A DNA stretch of 64,000 nucleotides from the NCBI GenBank assembly GCA_040384625.1, contig JAZKIW010000113.1, positions 591 to 64,590 on the forward strand, given 5' to 3'. The DNA is from Pseudomonadota bacterium. Lineage in GTDB: Bacteria > Pseudomonadota > Gammaproteobacteria > Burkholderiales > Burkholderiaceae_C. The notes under the pieces are model-generated. The model saw only the letters and a list, made by a program, of their open reading frames with translations. It did not search any database and had not been told where the DNA came from. The translations under genes were made by a program, and so were the position numbers. The number at the start of each line of letters is the position of its first letter. Position 1 is the first letter of the stretch. Below are positions 8,679 through 19,068 of this stretch, piece after piece.

Positions 8679-9326
8679 ATGCTGTTCGCCAAGCTGCTGC
8701 CTCGCGAAGGCAACTTCTTCGAAATGTTCAACCTGCATGCGGACAAGATCGTGGAGGCGGCGCGCGCGTTTTCCCAGCTGGTGGCGAACTACAACGATCC
8801 GCACCTGCGCGAGCAGTACACCCGCGAAGTCGACAACGCCGAGCGCGCGGCCGACCGCGTGACGCACGACGTCAACCGGCTGATCCACCAGACCTTCATC
8901 ACGCCGATCGACCGCGAGCAGATCCACACGCTCATCAACACCATGGACGACGTGGCCGACCTGATCCAGGACTCGGCCGAGACCATGGCGCTGTACGACG
9001 TGCGGCACATGACCGAGGAGATCACCCGCCTGACCGAGCTCAGCGTGCGCTGCTGCGAGCGCGTGAAGGACGCGGTGGCGCTGATCGGCAAGCTGTCCGA
9101 AGGCAACTCGGCCGAGGCCGCGCTGAAGACCTGCGAGGAGATCGACCGCATCGAGTCGGACGCCGACCGCGTGATGCGATCGGCCATGAGCAAGCTGTTT
9201 CGCGAAGAGCCGGACGTGCGCGAGGTGATCAAGCTCAAGGCCATCTACGAGCTGCTGGAGACCATCACCGACAAGTGCGAGGACGTGGCCAACGTCGTCG
9301 AAGGCATCGTGCTCGAGAACTCCTGA
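8679..9326 (+). CDS. DUF47 / PhoU-like phosphate transport regulator
   Basis: MLFAKLLPREGNFFEMF... and ITPIDREQIHTLINTMDDVADLIQD. Canonical partner directly upstream of a PiT transporter. Confidence 0.85.
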   Translation: MLFAKLLPREGNFFEMFNLHADKIVEAARAFSQLVANYNDPHLREQYTREVDNAERAADRVTHDVNRLIHQTFITPIDREQIHTLINTMDDVADLIQDSAETMALYDVRHMTEEITRLTELSVRCCERVKDAVALIGKLSEGNSAEAALKTCEEIDRIESDADRVMRSAMSKLFREEPDVREVIKLKAIYELLETITDKCEDVANVVEGIVLENS

Positions 9327-9339
9327 GCGAAGGATTCCC

Positions 9340-10350
9340 ATGCAAGCGATGCAAGCCGCCCTCTGGGTCGTGGTGCTGCTGGTCGTCGTGGCCCTGCTGT
9401 TCGATTTCATGAACGGCTTCCACGACGCGGCCAACTCGATCGCCACCATCGTCTCCACCGGCGTGCTGCGGCCCGCGCAGGCGGTGGTGTTCGCCGCCAT
9501 CTTCAACTTCATCGCGGTGTTCATCTTCCACCTGAGCGTGGCAGCCACGGTGGGCAAGGGCATCGTCGAGCCGGGCGTGGTGGACACGCACGTGGTGTTC
9601 GGCGCGCTGATCGGCGCGATCTTCTGGAACGTGCTGACCTGGTACTACGGCATCCCCAGCAGTTCCTCGCATGCGCTGATCGGCGGCATCGTCGGCGCGG
9701 TGATCGCCAAGTCGGGCGCCGGTGCGCTGCTGGCCGGCGGCATCTGGAAGACGGTGCTGTTCATCTTCGTGTCGCCGGTGCTGGGCTTCCTGCTGGGCTC
9801 GCTCATCATGGTGCTGGTGTCGCACCTGTTCCGCCGCGCCCGGCCGTCCAAGATCGACCGCTGGTTCCGCCGCCTGCAGCTGGTTTCCGCCGGCGCCTAC
9901 AGCCTGGGGCACGGCGGCAACGACGCGCAGAAGACCATCGGCATCATCTGGATGCTCTTGATCGCCACGGGCTACGTGGCGCAGGGCGCGAGCAACCCGC
10001 CGTTCTGGGTGATCGCGGCCTGCTACGCGGCCATCGCCATGGGCACCATGTTCGGCGGCTGGCGCATCGTCAAGACCATGGGCCAGAAGATCACCAAGCT
10101 CAAACCGGTGGGTGGCTTTTGTGCCGAAACTGGCGGCGCCATCACGCTGTTCCTGGCCTCAGGCCTGGGCATCCCGGTGTCGACCACGCACACCATCACC
10201 GGGGCGATCGTCGGCGTCGGCTCGACGCGACGCGCCTCGGCCGTGCGCTGGGGGGTTGCCGGCACCATCGTCTGGGCCTGGATTTTCACGATCCCGGCAT
10301 CGGCCCTGATGGCAGCGCTGGCCTATTGGGCCGGTCGCGGTCTGCTCTGA
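9340..10350 (+). CDS. pitA: Inorganic phosphate transporter, PiT family
   Basis: NGFHDAANSIATIVSTGVL and GGNDAQKTIGII signature repeats; polytopic membrane protein. Confidence 0.9.
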   Translation: MQAMQAALWVVVLLVVVALLFDFMNGFHDAANSIATIVSTGVLRPAQAVVFAAIFNFIAVFIFHLSVAATVGKGIVEPGVVDTHVVFGALIGAIFWNVLTWYYGIPSSSSHALIGGIVGAVIAKSGAGALLAGGIWKTVLFIFVSPVLGFLLGSLIMVLVSHLFRRARPSKIDRWFRRLQLVSAGAYSLGHGGNDAQKTIGIIWMLLIATGYVAQGASNPPFWVIAACYAAIAMGTMFGGWRIVKTMGQKITKLKPVGGFCAETGGAITLFLASGLGIPVSTTHTITGAIVGVGSTRRASAVRWGVAGTIVWAWIFTIPASALMAALAYWAGRGLL

Positions 10351-10353
10351 GCG

Positions 10354-10794
10354 CTACGACCTGCCGGCGCTCGGAGTCTCGATCTGCCACTCGAAGTAGC
10401 GTTGCCCGCTGAACGCGATGGTGGCCATCAAGGCGGTGGCGCCGATCATCAGGGCGGCGATCACCCCCAGAACCGGGCCCCACGCCGTGGCGTGAACCGG
10501 GGCGCCAGGGTTGTGCCGTGCGTCCCAGCGGGCGTCGGGCGTTAGGCCGTAGACGATCGCGCACAGCGCGGCCTGCGCCAACATCAGCCCCAGCAAGGGC
10601 AGCAAGAGCCAGGACAGGCGATCGTCCTGACCGAGCTCGAGCATGCGCTGCACCCCCCACAGCCCGGCCAGGGTCGGCAGGGGGTGCAGCCAGGCCAGGA
10701 GGTCGCGCGCGCCGCGCAGGTACAGGCGATGCAGGCCCAGGCAGCCGCCCAGAAGGGCCAGCCAGGTCGCAAGGGCCTTCGACTTGTAGTGCAT
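10354..10794 (-). CDS. TM2 domain membrane protein
   Basis: N-terminal KALATWLALLGGCLGLHRLYLR (TM2 motif) followed by further hydrophobic segments. Confidence 0.7.
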   Translation of the reverse strand: MHYKSKALATWLALLGGCLGLHRLYLRGARDLLAWLHPLPTLAGLWGVQRMLELGQDDRLSWLLLPLLGLMLAQAALCAIVYGLTPDARWDARHNPGAPVHATAWGPVLGVIAALMIGATALMATIAFSGQRYFEWQIETPSAGRS

Positions 10795-11354
10795 CAGCGC
10801 TCGTCACCGGGGGCACTGGCGCCGCCGTCACCGAGAGCCTTCTGCATCAAGACCACGTCGAGCCAGCGGCCAAACTTCCAGCCTGCAGCCTTGAATACGC
10901 CGGTCGGCTCGAAGCCGCAGGCGCGGTGCACGCCGACCGAACCCGCGTTGGCGGAGTCGCCGATCACGGCCAGCATCTGCCGGGCGCCCCGCGCTTCGCA
11001 CTGCGCCAGCAGTTCGGCCAGGAGCAGGCGGCCGACACCCTGGCCTTGCGCCGCGGGGTCGAGGTAGATCGAGTCCTCCAGACAGAAGCGGTAGGCGCGG
11101 CGCGGACGGAAGTGGTTGGCGTAGGCATAGCCCAGCGACTCGCCGCCGCGCTCGGCCACCAGCCAGGGCAGGCCTTTGGCGAGGACATCCTCGCGGCGGC
11201 GCACCATCTCGGCCTCGTCCGGCACGTCGAGTTCGAAGGTGCCGGTCCCCTGTGTCACAGCGTGGCCATAGATGCGTGTGATGGCCGGCATATCGGCAGC
11301 GCTGCTCGGGCGGATGATCAAGGGCGGCATGGGCGGATATGGCAGAGTCGTCAA
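10794..11354 (-). CDS. GNAT family N-acetyltransferase (phosphinothricin acetyltransferase-like)
   Basis: [16 protein letters not shown]..., acetyl-CoA loop [14 protein letters not shown]. Alternative start at M9 (11330). Its stop overlaps the TM2 gene start by 1 nt (TGATG). Confidence 0.85.
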   Translation of the reverse strand: MTTLPYPPMPPLIIRPSSAADMPAITRIYGHAVTQGTGTFELDVPDEAEMVRRREDVLAKGLPWLVAERGGESLGYAYANHFRPRRAYRFCLEDSIYLDPAAQGQGVGRLLLAELLAQCEARGARQMLAVIGDSANAGSVGVHRACGFEPTGVFKAAGWKFGRWLDVVLMQKALGDGGASAPGDER

Positions 11355-11361
11355 GCAAGTC

Positions 11362-11367
11362 TATAAT
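11362..11367 (+). promoter_or_regulatory. Candidate -10 hexamer TATAAT for the rpsP operon
   Basis: Perfect TATAAT in otherwise GC-rich DNA about 150 nt upstream of rpsP. The -35 is weak (ATGGCA at 17-nt spacing). Confidence 0.3.
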
Positions 11368-11520
11368 GCGCGGTTTTCGGCGACGGCTGGTCGAGTGACT
11401 GGCGTATCTACGGCGCCGAGCCGTGTGCAGCGCGCGACAGCGCAGTGCATCAACGATCTGACCGGCCGGTGTGTCTCCTGGTGCGGTGGACGAACGAGTT
11501 CGATTTCGAGGTCAAACCCC

Positions 11521-11769
11521 ATGGTTGTCATCCGTCTGTCCCGCTCCGGCGCCAAGAAGCGCCCGTTCTACAACATCGTCGTCGCCGACTCGCACGAGCG
11601 CCGTGACGGCCGCTTTATCGAGCGTGTGGGCTTCTACAACCCGGTCGCCGCCGGTGGCGAGCAGCCGCTGCGCGTGGCCACCGACCGCATCGCCTACTGG
11701 ACCGGCGTCGGCGCCCAGGTCTCGCCGACGGTGGCGCGCCTGGTCGGCCAGGCCAAGGCGAGCGCCTGA
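11521..11769 (+). CDS. rpsP: 30S ribosomal protein S16
   Basis: [41 protein letters not shown]; 82 aa. Confidence 0.95.
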   Translation: MVVIRLSRSGAKKRPFYNIVVADSHERRDGRFIERVGFYNPVAAGGEQPLRVATDRIAYWTGVGAQVSPTVARLVGQAKASA

Positions 11770-11788
11770 AGCTCGCAGGCGCGGCCGC

Positions 11789-12397
11789 GTGGCGACGCTG
11801 CCGTCGCTAGCCGCCGAGGCGGTCGATGTGTCGGCCTTGCCGGCCGATGCCATCGAGGTCGGCCGCATCGTCGGCGCCTGGGGCGTCAAGGGTGCCTTCA
11901 AGGTCCAGGCCTACGCCAGCGAACCACAGGCCCTGTTCTCTTCCAAGCGGTGGTTCCTGCAGCCGGCGGACTTGCAGGTTTCGGGACCACGTCGTCCTGC
12001 GCCACCTGCGATGCTGCGCATCACGCAGGCGCGCGAGCAAGCGGCGGCGGTTGTCGCTGCGGCCCAGGGCATCGAGGACCGGGACGCCGCTGAGGCGCTG
12101 ACCGGCGCGCGGGTGTTCGTCGCCCGCTCCAGCTTCCCGACCGCCGGCGACGACGAGTACTACTGGGTTGATCTGATCGGTCTGTCCGTCGTCAACCGTG
12201 AGAGCGTGTCGCTGGGCCAGGTGACGGGCTTGATCGACACCGGTGTGCACAGCGTATTGCGCGTACGCCGTCCCGACGCGCCGGCCGAGGCCGCCCCGGA
12301 CCAGGCCGAGCGCTTGATCCCCTTCGTCGCTGCGTACCTCGACAAGGTCGATCTCGAGGCCCGACTGATCCATGTCGACTGGGGCCTGGATTTCTGA
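11789..12397 (+). CDS. rimM: Ribosome maturation factor RimM
   Basis: [18 protein letters not shown]..., [11 protein letters not shown]..., synteny rpsP-rimM-trmD. GTG start at residue 107 of the track ORF; start uncertain. Confidence 0.85.
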   Translation: MATLPSLAAEAVDVSALPADAIEVGRIVGAWGVKGAFKVQAYASEPQALFSSKRWFLQPADLQVSGPRRPAPPAMLRITQAREQAAAVVAAAQGIEDRDAAEALTGARVFVARSSFPTAGDDEYYWVDLIGLSVVNRESVSLGQVTGLIDTGVHSVLRVRRPDAPAEAAPDQAERLIPFVAAYLDKVDLEARLIHVDWGLDF

Positions 12398-13146
12398 TGC
12401 GCTTCGACGTCATTACCTTGTTTCCGGAACTGTTCGCGCCGCAGTTCGCGCTGGGCGTGACGCGCCGTGCCTTCGAATCGGGGCAGGTCGATGTGCGACT
12501 GTGGCCGCTGCGCGATTTCGGTGAGGGCGCGTACAAGCGTGTGGATGACCGCCCCTTCGGCGGCGGACCGGGCATGGTGCTGCTGGCCGAGCCGCTCGAG
12601 GCTGCGCTGGCCGCCGCACGTGCAGGGCGCGCTGACCCGACGCCCGCCGTGATCCACTTCACGCCCGCCGGCCGGCGTCTCGACCAGGGCCTGGTTCGCG
12701 AGATGGCGACGGGGCCAGGTGCCGTGTTGCTGTGCGGTCGCTATGAAGGGATCGACCAGCGGTTCCTCGACCGTCATGTGACGCTCGAGCTGAGCCTCGG
12801 CGATTTCGTTCTCTCCGGCGGGGAGTTGCCGGCGCTTGCCCTGCTCGACGCCGTAGCTCGCCTGCAGCCTGGTGTGCTGGGCGACGAGCAGTCGCACCAG
12901 CAGGACAGCTTTGGCATCGACGGTTTGCTCGACTGCCCGCACTACAGTCGCCCGGAAGCCCTGCAGGGCGGCGCCGTGGTGCCGGGCGTGCTGCTCTCAG
13001 GCCATCATGCCGAGATTGCGCGATGGCGTCGCGAGCGTTCCCTCGAGCTGACGGCCCGGCGCCGGCCCGAGTTGATCGACGTAGCGCGGGCCGCCGGCCG
13101 TCTGAGCCCGTCCGACGAACGCTTTTTGATCGACGCCGGGCTATAA
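12397..13146 (+). CDS. trmD: tRNA (guanine37-N1)-methyltransferase
   Basis: [13 protein letters not shown]..., [24 protein letters not shown]. Confidence 0.95.
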   Translation: MRFDVITLFPELFAPQFALGVTRRAFESGQVDVRLWPLRDFGEGAYKRVDDRPFGGGPGMVLLAEPLEAALAAARAGRADPTPAVIHFTPAGRRLDQGLVREMATGPGAVLLCGRYEGIDQRFLDRHVTLELSLGDFVLSGGELPALALLDAVARLQPGVLGDEQSHQQDSFGIDGLLDCPHYSRPEALQGGAVVPGVLLSGHHAEIARWRRERSLELTARRRPELIDVARAAGRLSPSDERFLIDAGL

Positions 13147-13237
13147 TCTCAGGCTTTTCGATCCTCTGCCGGGACAGCGCAGCGCCTCAGGCCCGCGCAC
13201 ACTTCCCCCAACAATCGCCGGCACGATCACAGGAGAA

Positions 13238-13597
13238 ATGCAAGTGGATCTGATCCAAACCCTCGAGCAGGAAGAGATTGCTCGGCTGGGCAAGAAGTTG
13301 CCCGTGTTTGCCCCTGGTGACACCGTGATCGTCAGTGTCAGCGTCGTCGAAGGCACGCGCAAGCGCGTCCAGGCCTACGAAGGCGTGGTGATCGCAAAAC
13401 GCAACCGCGGCCTCAACTCCAGCTTCATCGTGCGCAAGATTTCCAGCGGCGAAGGTGTCGAGCGCACGTTCCAGCTTTACAGCCCGCTGATTGCAGGTAT
13501 TGAAGTCAAGCGCCGCGGCGATGTACGCCGGGCCAAGCTGTACTACCTTCGTGACCGCTCGGGCAAGTCGGCGCGCATCAAGGAGAAGCTGGCCTGA
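13238..13597 (+). CDS. rplS: 50S ribosomal protein L19
   Basis: [48 protein letters not shown]. Confidence 0.95.
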   Translation: MQVDLIQTLEQEEIARLGKKLPVFAPGDTVIVSVSVVEGTRKRVQAYEGVVIAKRNRGLNSSFIVRKISSGEGVERTFQLYSPLIAGIEVKRRGDVRRAKLYYLRDRSGKSARIKEKLA

Positions 13598-13622
13598 CCA
13601 GCCTTTTCGTGACAAGGTTCAA

Positions 13623-13648
13623 AGCCGCCTGCGGGCGGCTTTGTCGTT
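13623..13648 (+). terminator. Rho-independent terminator after rplS
   Basis: AGCCGCC-tgcg-GGCGGCT (7-bp stem, 4-nt loop) followed by TTGTCGTT. Confidence 0.75.
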
Positions 13649-13667
13649 GGCGCTCTATGCTCGTCGC

Positions 13668-14375
13668 ATGACCCAAGGCGAGACTTTGCGCGCGCCGATC
13701 CTGAACCCGCTGGCCGTGCCTGTGGCGGGTAACGACGCCCACCTGCCTGCCGTCGATGCGACCCGGCTGACCGCGCAGGCCTTGCGCAGCCGTTTTGCGT
13801 CGCCGCCCGCCTGGCGGCCCGAAACACTGGGTGACGGGCGCCTGTTCCAGGGCCGCAACCGCGCTGCCGCGTCCGTCCTGGTGCCGCTGGTGGAACGCGT
13901 CGAAGGCATCACGGTACTGCTGACGCAGCGCACCGCGCACCTGCGCGACCACGCCGGCCAGATCAGCTTCCCTGGCGGTCGCGCGGAGACCAGCGACGAT
14001 GATGCCGTGGCGACGGCCCTGCGCGAGGCCGAAGAAGAGGTCGGCCTGACGCGCGGGCACATCGAGGTCATCGGCTCGCTGCCCGAGTACCGCACCGTGA
14101 CCTACTACGATGTGACGCCGGTGGTGGCGCTAGTCAGGCCACCGTTCACGCTGGCGCTCGATGCCCATGAAGTGGCCGATGCCTTCGAGGTACCGCTGTC
14201 CTTTCTGATGACACCGGCGAATCACCAGCGCCACAGCTTTGAACTCGACGGCTATCGGCGCGAGTTCCTGTCGATGCCCTGGCGTCGGCCCGACGAACGG
14301 GGTGGGGCGCCGTACTTCATCTGGGGCGCCACGGCGGCGATGCTGCGCAACCTGTATCGGTTCCTCAGCGCCTGA
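13668..14375 (+). CDS. NUDIX hydrolase, CoA pyrophosphatase type
   Basis: Start at M60 of ORF 13491..14375. LLTQRTAHLRDHAGQISFPGG and Nudix box ALREAEEEVGL. Confidence 0.85.
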   Translation: MTQGETLRAPILNPLAVPVAGNDAHLPAVDATRLTAQALRSRFASPPAWRPETLGDGRLFQGRNRAAASVLVPLVERVEGITVLLTQRTAHLRDHAGQISFPGGRAETSDDDAVATALREAEEEVGLTRGHIEVIGSLPEYRTVTYYDVTPVVALVRPPFTLALDAHEVADAFEVPLSFLMTPANHQRHSFELDGYRREFLSMPWRRPDERGGAPYFIWGATAAMLRNLYRFLSA

Positions 14376-14397
14376 GCTCTGCTTATCATCGCTGTCG

Positions 14398-15387
14398 ATG
14401 AGCTTTTTCGCCGTCTTCCTCGCATTGCTGATCGAGCAGCTCAAGCCGCTGCCGCGCGACAACTGGGTTCATGACACGCTGATCTCCTGGGTTGGTTGGA
14501 CCGGCCGCAATTTCGATGCCGGCCGGGCACACCACGCGATCGTCGTCTGGTGCATCACGGTGCTGACCCCGACCGTGGGCGCCGCGGCGGTCTACCTTGT
14601 GGCTGCGCACTACAGCCTGCTGGCAGCGTTGGCCGTGAATGTGCTGGTGCTCTATCTCACCCTCGGCTTTCGCCAGTTCAGCCACTACTTCACCGACATC
14701 CGCGACGCCTTGGAGCGCGGCGATGAGGATGCGGCGCGCCGCATGTTGGGCCAATGGCGGCACCTTGACACCAGCGACCTGCCGCGCACGGAGTTGCTGC
14801 GCCAGGTCATCGAACACTCCCTGCTCGCCGCGCACCGCCACGTCTTCGGCGTCTTCTTCTGCTTTATCGCGCTCTCGGCGCTGGGACTGGGCCCCGCCGG
14901 CGCTGTTGCCTACCGGATGGCCGAGTTCGCCGGACGCTACTGGGCCTTCAAGAGCCGCACGCTCGATGCTCCTGCCAACGAGCGACTGATGCGCCTGTCG
15001 CAGCGGCTGTTCGAAGTGATCGACCATCTGCCGGCGCGCTTGACGGCTTTCGGATTTGCGGTGGTCGGCAATTTCGAAGAGGCTGTCAATGGCTGGCGCA
15101 ATGAGGCCGGCCTGTGGCTGCATGCAAACGAAGGCATCCTGCTGGCCGCCGCGGCCGGTGCGATCGGCGTGCAACTCGGCGGCCAGGCAGTGCCAGGCGT
15201 CACGCCCGATCGCTCGAAGACCTTTGCCAGCGGCAGTGCCGCGCGGGCTGCCGGCGCTGCCGGCCCAACTTCGGGCGTGCCCGCGCAAGCCGGCCATCTG
15301 CAAAGCGTCGTGGGGTTGGTCTGGCGCTCCGTGGTCTTGTGGCTGCTGCTGACCGCGCTCTTGTCTCTGGCCAATCTGCTGGGCTGA
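14398..15387 (+). CDS. CobD/CbiB family membrane protein
   Basis: Start at M54 of the track ORF: MSFFAVFLALLIEQLKPLP..., a polytopic protein. No cobalamin genes are nearby, so the role is unclear. Confidence 0.65.
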   Translation: MSFFAVFLALLIEQLKPLPRDNWVHDTLISWVGWTGRNFDAGRAHHAIVVWCITVLTPTVGAAAVYLVAAHYSLLAALAVNVLVLYLTLGFRQFSHYFTDIRDALERGDEDAARRMLGQWRHLDTSDLPRTELLRQVIEHSLLAAHRHVFGVFFCFIALSALGLGPAGAVAYRMAEFAGRYWAFKSRTLDAPANERLMRLSQRLFEVIDHLPARLTAFGFAVVGNFEEAVNGWRNEAGLWLHANEGILLAAAAGAIGVQLGGQAVPGVTPDRSKTFASGSAARAAGAAGPTSGVPAQAGHLQSVVGLVWRSVVLWLLLTALLSLANLLG

Positions 15388-15393
15388 TCCGCT

Positions 15394-16299
15394 TCACCAC
15401 TTGGTTCGCGCCAATTCGTCGCAGATCTCGCCGTAGATGCGCCAGCGCGACGGGCTGATCTCGCCGCGCTCGACGGCCGCGATCACGCCACATCCGGGTT
15501 CCTGGCGGTGGCTGCAGTTGTAGAACCGGCACTCGCCGACGTGGGCACGAAGGTCGGGCATCAGCAGCGGTAGTTGCTGGGCGTCGATCTGGCGCAGACC
15601 GAATTCCTGGAAGCCGGGTGAATCGATCAAAGCGCCGCTGCGCGTGCCGTCCAGCCAGTACCAGGTGCTCGTCGTGGTGGTGTGGCGGCCTGAGTTGAGC
15701 GCCTGTGAGACCTCGCCCACTTGGGCCGCAGCATCCTTCACCATCAGGTTGATGAGGGTGCTCTTGCCGGTTCCACTGGGGCCGAGGACCAGCGTCGTTC
15801 GATTGGACAGCAGCGGTGACAAGGTCGACGCCGCCTCCTGCGGGCGGCCTTTCAGCGTTGCTTCCACGATCTCGACCCCCATCGCTCGGTAGGGGCCAAG
15901 TCGCTCGCGGGCCACCGCCGCCTGCGGCAGGTCGGTCTTGTTGAGCAGCACCTTCACCGTGATGCCCGCACTTTCGGCCGCGATCAACGCCCGCGCTAGC
16001 TGGGTCTCGGAGAACATCGGCTCGCCCGCCACCAGCACCAGGATCTGGTCGAGGTTGGCCGCGAACGACTTGGTGCGCCAGTCGTCTTGGCGAAAGAGCA
16101 GGTTGCGGCGCGGCTCGATGTGCTCGACCACGCCCTCGTCGCCGGCGGGCTGCCAGCGCACCAGGTCGCCGACGACGCACTCGCTCTTCTTGCCACGCAG
16201 GTGGCAACTGAGACGCACGCCCTCTGGCGTTTCGACGATCACATGGCGGCCGTGTGCCGCCACGATACGGCCCAGGTCGAGCGCAGCAAACTTGCTCAA
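15394..16299 (-). CDS. rsgA: Ribosome small-subunit-dependent GTPase A
   Basis: GPSGTGKSTLINLM P-loop; C-terminal zinc motif CRFYNCSHRQEPGCGV. Confidence 0.9.
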   Translation of the reverse strand: MSKFAALDLGRIVAAHGRHVIVETPEGVRLSCHLRGKKSECVVGDLVRWQPAGDEGVVEHIEPRRNLLFRQDDWRTKSFAANLDQILVLVAGEPMFSETQLARALIAAESAGITVKVLLNKTDLPQAAVARERLGPYRAMGVEIVEATLKGRPQEAASTLSPLLSNRTTLVLGPSGTGKSTLINLMVKDAAAQVGEVSQALNSGRHTTTTSTWYWLDGTRSGALIDSPGFQEFGLRQIDAQQLPLLMPDLRAHVGECRFYNCSHRQEPGCGVIAAVERGEISPSRWRIYGEICDELARTKW

Positions 16300-16619
16300 C
16301 GCGTCAGGGCATCCACTTTGGCCGCGCAGATGAAGTCGTTCAGCGAGATGCCGCCCACCGAATGGGTGTTGAAGCGCAGCGTGCAGCGGTTGAAGCCGAA
16401 GGCGATGTCCGGATGGTGGTCTTCACGGTGCGCGATCCAGGCGACCGCGTTCACGAAGGCCATCGTGTGGTGATAGTCGGCGAAGCGGAATGTCCTCTCA
16501 ATGGCGCCATCGGCGAGTGCCCAGGACTCGACCTGCAACAAGCGGGCCGAGACCTCGGCCGCCGTCATCGCCGCATGGCCTTCCAGCGGCTTGCAATGCA
16601 TGGCCGAGAGGTCGTTCAT
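16296..16619 (-). CDS. phhB: 4a-hydroxytetrahydrobiopterin (pterin-4a-carbinolamine) dehydratase
   Basis: Start at M53 of ORF 16296..16775. DHHPDIAFGFNRCTLRFNTH motif. ATGA overlap with the upstream M48 gene. Confidence 0.85.
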   Translation of the reverse strand: MNDLSAMHCKPLEGHAAMTAAEVSARLLQVESWALADGAIERTFRFADYHHTMAFVNAVAWIAHREDHHPDIAFGFNRCTLRFNTHSVGGISLNDFICAAKVDALTR

Positions 16620-17887
16620 GTCGGCTCCAGCTTCAAGGCCGCGAGACGCTCGCTCGCGGGAGGGTGCGAATAGTAGAAGCTCACGTACAGCGGGTCGGGC
16701 GTAAGCGTTCCGGCGTTGTCTTCGTGCAGCTTGAGCAGCGCGTTCGCCAGATCGCGACCGCTGGCCTGCGCGCAAGCATAGGCGTCGGCTTCGAACTCAT
16801 GCTTGCGCGAAATGCGCGAGGCGAGGGGTGCCAGGAGAAATCCGAACGGCGGGACGGCAAGCATGAACAACAGCAGCGCCACAGCATCGTTGGGTGCTGC
16901 CAGGTTGGGCGTCACGCCCAAGCCCGTGTAGAACCACTGCTGCTGCGACAGCCAACCCAGCAGCCCCAGCGCGAACAGGCTGAGGGTGAAGACGGAGAGC
17001 ATGCGCTTGGGCACGTGACGCAACTTGAAGTGACCCAGCTCGTGCGCCAGGACGGCCTCGACCTCGCCCGGTGTCAGACGTTTGAGCAGCGTGTCGAAGA
17101 AGACAACGCGCTTGGCCGCGCCCAGGCCAGTGAAATAGGCATTGCTGTGTGCCGAGCGGCGGCTGCCGTCCATCACGAACAGGCCCTTGGCGGCAAATCC
17201 GCAGCGTGCCATCAGGGCGTGCACCCGCTGTTTCAGCGATTCGTCTGGCAGCGGCTCGAATTTGTTGAATAGCGGCGCGATCAGGGTCGGGTAGATCAGC
17301 AGGATCAGCAACTGGAACGCCACCCATGCCACCCATGCCCACAACCACCACCAGCCCCCCGCGCTGGCCATGAGCCACAGCGCCAGAGCGGCCATCGGCA
17401 AACCGATCAGGGCGCCCACCAGCAGGCCTTTGGCGGCGTCGGCAAGATAGAGCCTCAGGCTCGTGCGGTTGAAGCCGAAGCGTTGCTCAATGCGAAAGGT
17501 GTTGTAGAGCTCCAGCGGCGCATCCAGCAAACTGCCGATCAGCGCAAAGCACGTCAGCAGAGCGAGCTGGTAGGCCATGCCGCCCCAGCGGGGCATCACG
17601 GCGTCGCGCACGCCAGCGTTGAGAACGTCCAGGCCACCGAGCAAGGTCCAGCCGAGCAGGACCGCGGTGCCAAAGGCCAGCGTGACGAGGCCGAAGCGTG
17701 AGCGCACCAGGGTGTAGTCGGCGGCTTTCTGGTGCGCATCCAGCGACACCGTACCGGCAAACGCAGGTGGCACAGCGGCGCGGTGAGCGGCCACGTGGCG
17801 CATCTGGCGCGTCGCCAGCCAGAACTTGAGGCCGACCGTCAACAGCAGCGCCGCAGCGAAGGCAAGCGAAAGCCAAAGGGATTGCAT
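16616..17887 (-). CDS. M48 family zinc metalloprotease (Ste24-like, membrane)
   Basis: [10 protein letters not shown] (HExxH), multiple TM segments, 423 aa. Confidence 0.85.
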   Translation of the reverse strand: MQSLWLSLAFAAALLLTVGLKFWLATRQMRHVAAHRAAVPPAFAGTVSLDAHQKAADYTLVRSRFGLVTLAFGTAVLLGWTLLGGLDVLNAGVRDAVMPRWGGMAYQLALLTCFALIGSLLDAPLELYNTFRIEQRFGFNRTSLRLYLADAAKGLLVGALIGLPMAALALWLMASAGGWWWLWAWVAWVAFQLLILLIYPTLIAPLFNKFEPLPDESLKQRVHALMARCGFAAKGLFVMDGSRRSAHSNAYFTGLGAAKRVVFFDTLLKRLTPGEVEAVLAHELGHFKLRHVPKRMLSVFTLSLFALGLLGWLSQQQWFYTGLGVTPNLAAPNDAVALLLFMLAVPPFGFLLAPLASRISRKHEFEADAYACAQASGRDLANALLKLHEDNAGTLTPDPLYVSFYYSHPPASERLAALKLEPT

Positions 17888-17941
17888 GACGACAAGTGTA
17901 GGGCTGACACAATCCCGGCATCACGCGCCAGCACGATTGCC

Positions 17942-18502
17942 ATGACCGAAACCAGCCTGCCCAAGAACGACAGCAACCTGATCTGGATCGACCTCGAGAT
18001 GACCGGCCTGTACCCGGACCGCGACCGCATCATCGAGATCGCGGTGGTGGTCACCGATGCGCAGATCAGCACCCGCATCGAGGGCCCGGTCTTCGCGATC
18101 CACCAGAGCGACGCCACCCTCGACGCCATGGATGCCTGGAACAAGGGCACTCATGGCAAGAGCGGCCTGATCGAGCGCGTCAAGGCCTCCGAGATCGACG
18201 AGGCCCATGCCCAGGCCCAGGTCATCGAGTGGCTGTCGCAGTATGTGAAGGCCGGCAAGAGCCCGATGTGCGGCAACTCCATCTGCCAGGACCGGCGCTT
18301 CCTGGCCAACCACATGCCGGCGCTGGAGGCCTTCTTCCACTACCGCAACCTCGACGTCAGCACCTTGAAGGAGCTGGCGCGGCGCTGGAAGCCGGGCGTG
18401 CTCGACGGCATCAAGAAGGCCCAGGCCCATACCGCGCTGGCCGACGTGCACGAATCGATCGACGAGTTGTTGTACTATCGGCAGCATCTGCTGGCGGTGT
18501 AG
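17942..18502 (+). CDS. orn: Oligoribonuclease
   Basis: Start at M71 of the track [14 protein letters not shown] and [14 protein letters not shown] DEDDh exonuclease motifs. Confidence 0.9.
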   Translation: MTETSLPKNDSNLIWIDLEMTGLYPDRDRIIEIAVVVTDAQISTRIEGPVFAIHQSDATLDAMDAWNKGTHGKSGLIERVKASEIDEAHAQAQVIEWLSQYVKAGKSPMCGNSICQDRRFLANHMPALEAFFHYRNLDVSTLKELARRWKPGVLDGIKKAQAHTALADVHESIDELLYYRQHLLAV

Positions 18503-18507
18503 GGCGA

Positions 18508-19068
18508 TCAGGGCGCGCGCTGGCGCAAGGCGCTGAGCAAGGCGACGACCTCGGCGTCGGGCCGCGCGGCAAGCTTGCGGTACTCGGCACCGCCCGGCGT
18601 GCGTGCCAGCAACCGCATCTCGACCAACTCGCGCCGCAGCAGGCAATGGTCGCCGAAGCCGTGATGCGCATTGAGCACCTGGTTGACCTCGCGCTCGGTG
18701 TAGCGGCGTCGGGTGTCGAAGCGCAGCCACAGACCCCACAACACCAGCAGTTGCAGGCTGCGCTTGGTCGGCCAGCGCGTCAGGCGCCCTTCGGCGTCGA
18801 ACTGGCGCAAGGCCCGGTCGGCGGCGTCCGTCAGCGAGGCCTGGCGCGGGCCACGCGCTGGTGGGGTGGCACGCGCTCCAACCGGGGTGCGTGCGGCCCG
18901 CAAGGCCTGGACATTGCGATGGCCGGCGGCGCGCGCCAACAGGTTGAGCAGTTCGACATGGCTCGGCGCGCCGGCGCCGCGCTCGAGGCGTTCGACCCAG
19001 GCGTTGCGCAGGGTCTTCGCAAAAGTAGACAGGTCGGCCGCGACGAGCGGCGTCAGTTCACGGGGCAT
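18508..19068 (-). CDS. DUF2087 domain protein
   Basis: C-terminal YTEREVNQVLNAHHGFGDHCLLRRELVEMRLLAR matches the DUF2087 pattern as I recall it; the N-terminal half is unassigned. Confidence 0.55.
   Translation of the reverse strand: MPRELTPLVAADLSTFAKTLRNAWVERLERGAGAPSHVELLNLLARAAGHRNVQALRAARTPVGARATPPARGPRQASLTDAADRALRQFDAEGRLTRWPTKRSLQLLVLWGLWLRFDTRRRYTEREVNQVLNAHHGFGDHCLLRRELVEMRLLARTPGGAEYRKLAARPDAEVVALLSALRQRAP

Noticed and set aside
6837-9587. 916-aa minus-strand ORF spanning four annotated genes
   Set aside because: Only its last 242 codons are protein-like (SDR). The rest is Arg/Ala/Gly/Pro-rich low-complexity sequence antisense to clearly recognisable plus-strand genes (DUF486, DUF47, PiT) or out of frame with the RluA gene. 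This is typical stop-poor shadow ORF behaviour in high-GC DNA.
13142-13147. TATAAT hexamer overlapping the trmD stop, as an internal promoter for rplS
   Set aside because: No acceptable -35 at proper spacing (the TTGATC is only 10 nt upstream). rplS is normally co-transcribed with trmD. Left unreported as a feature.
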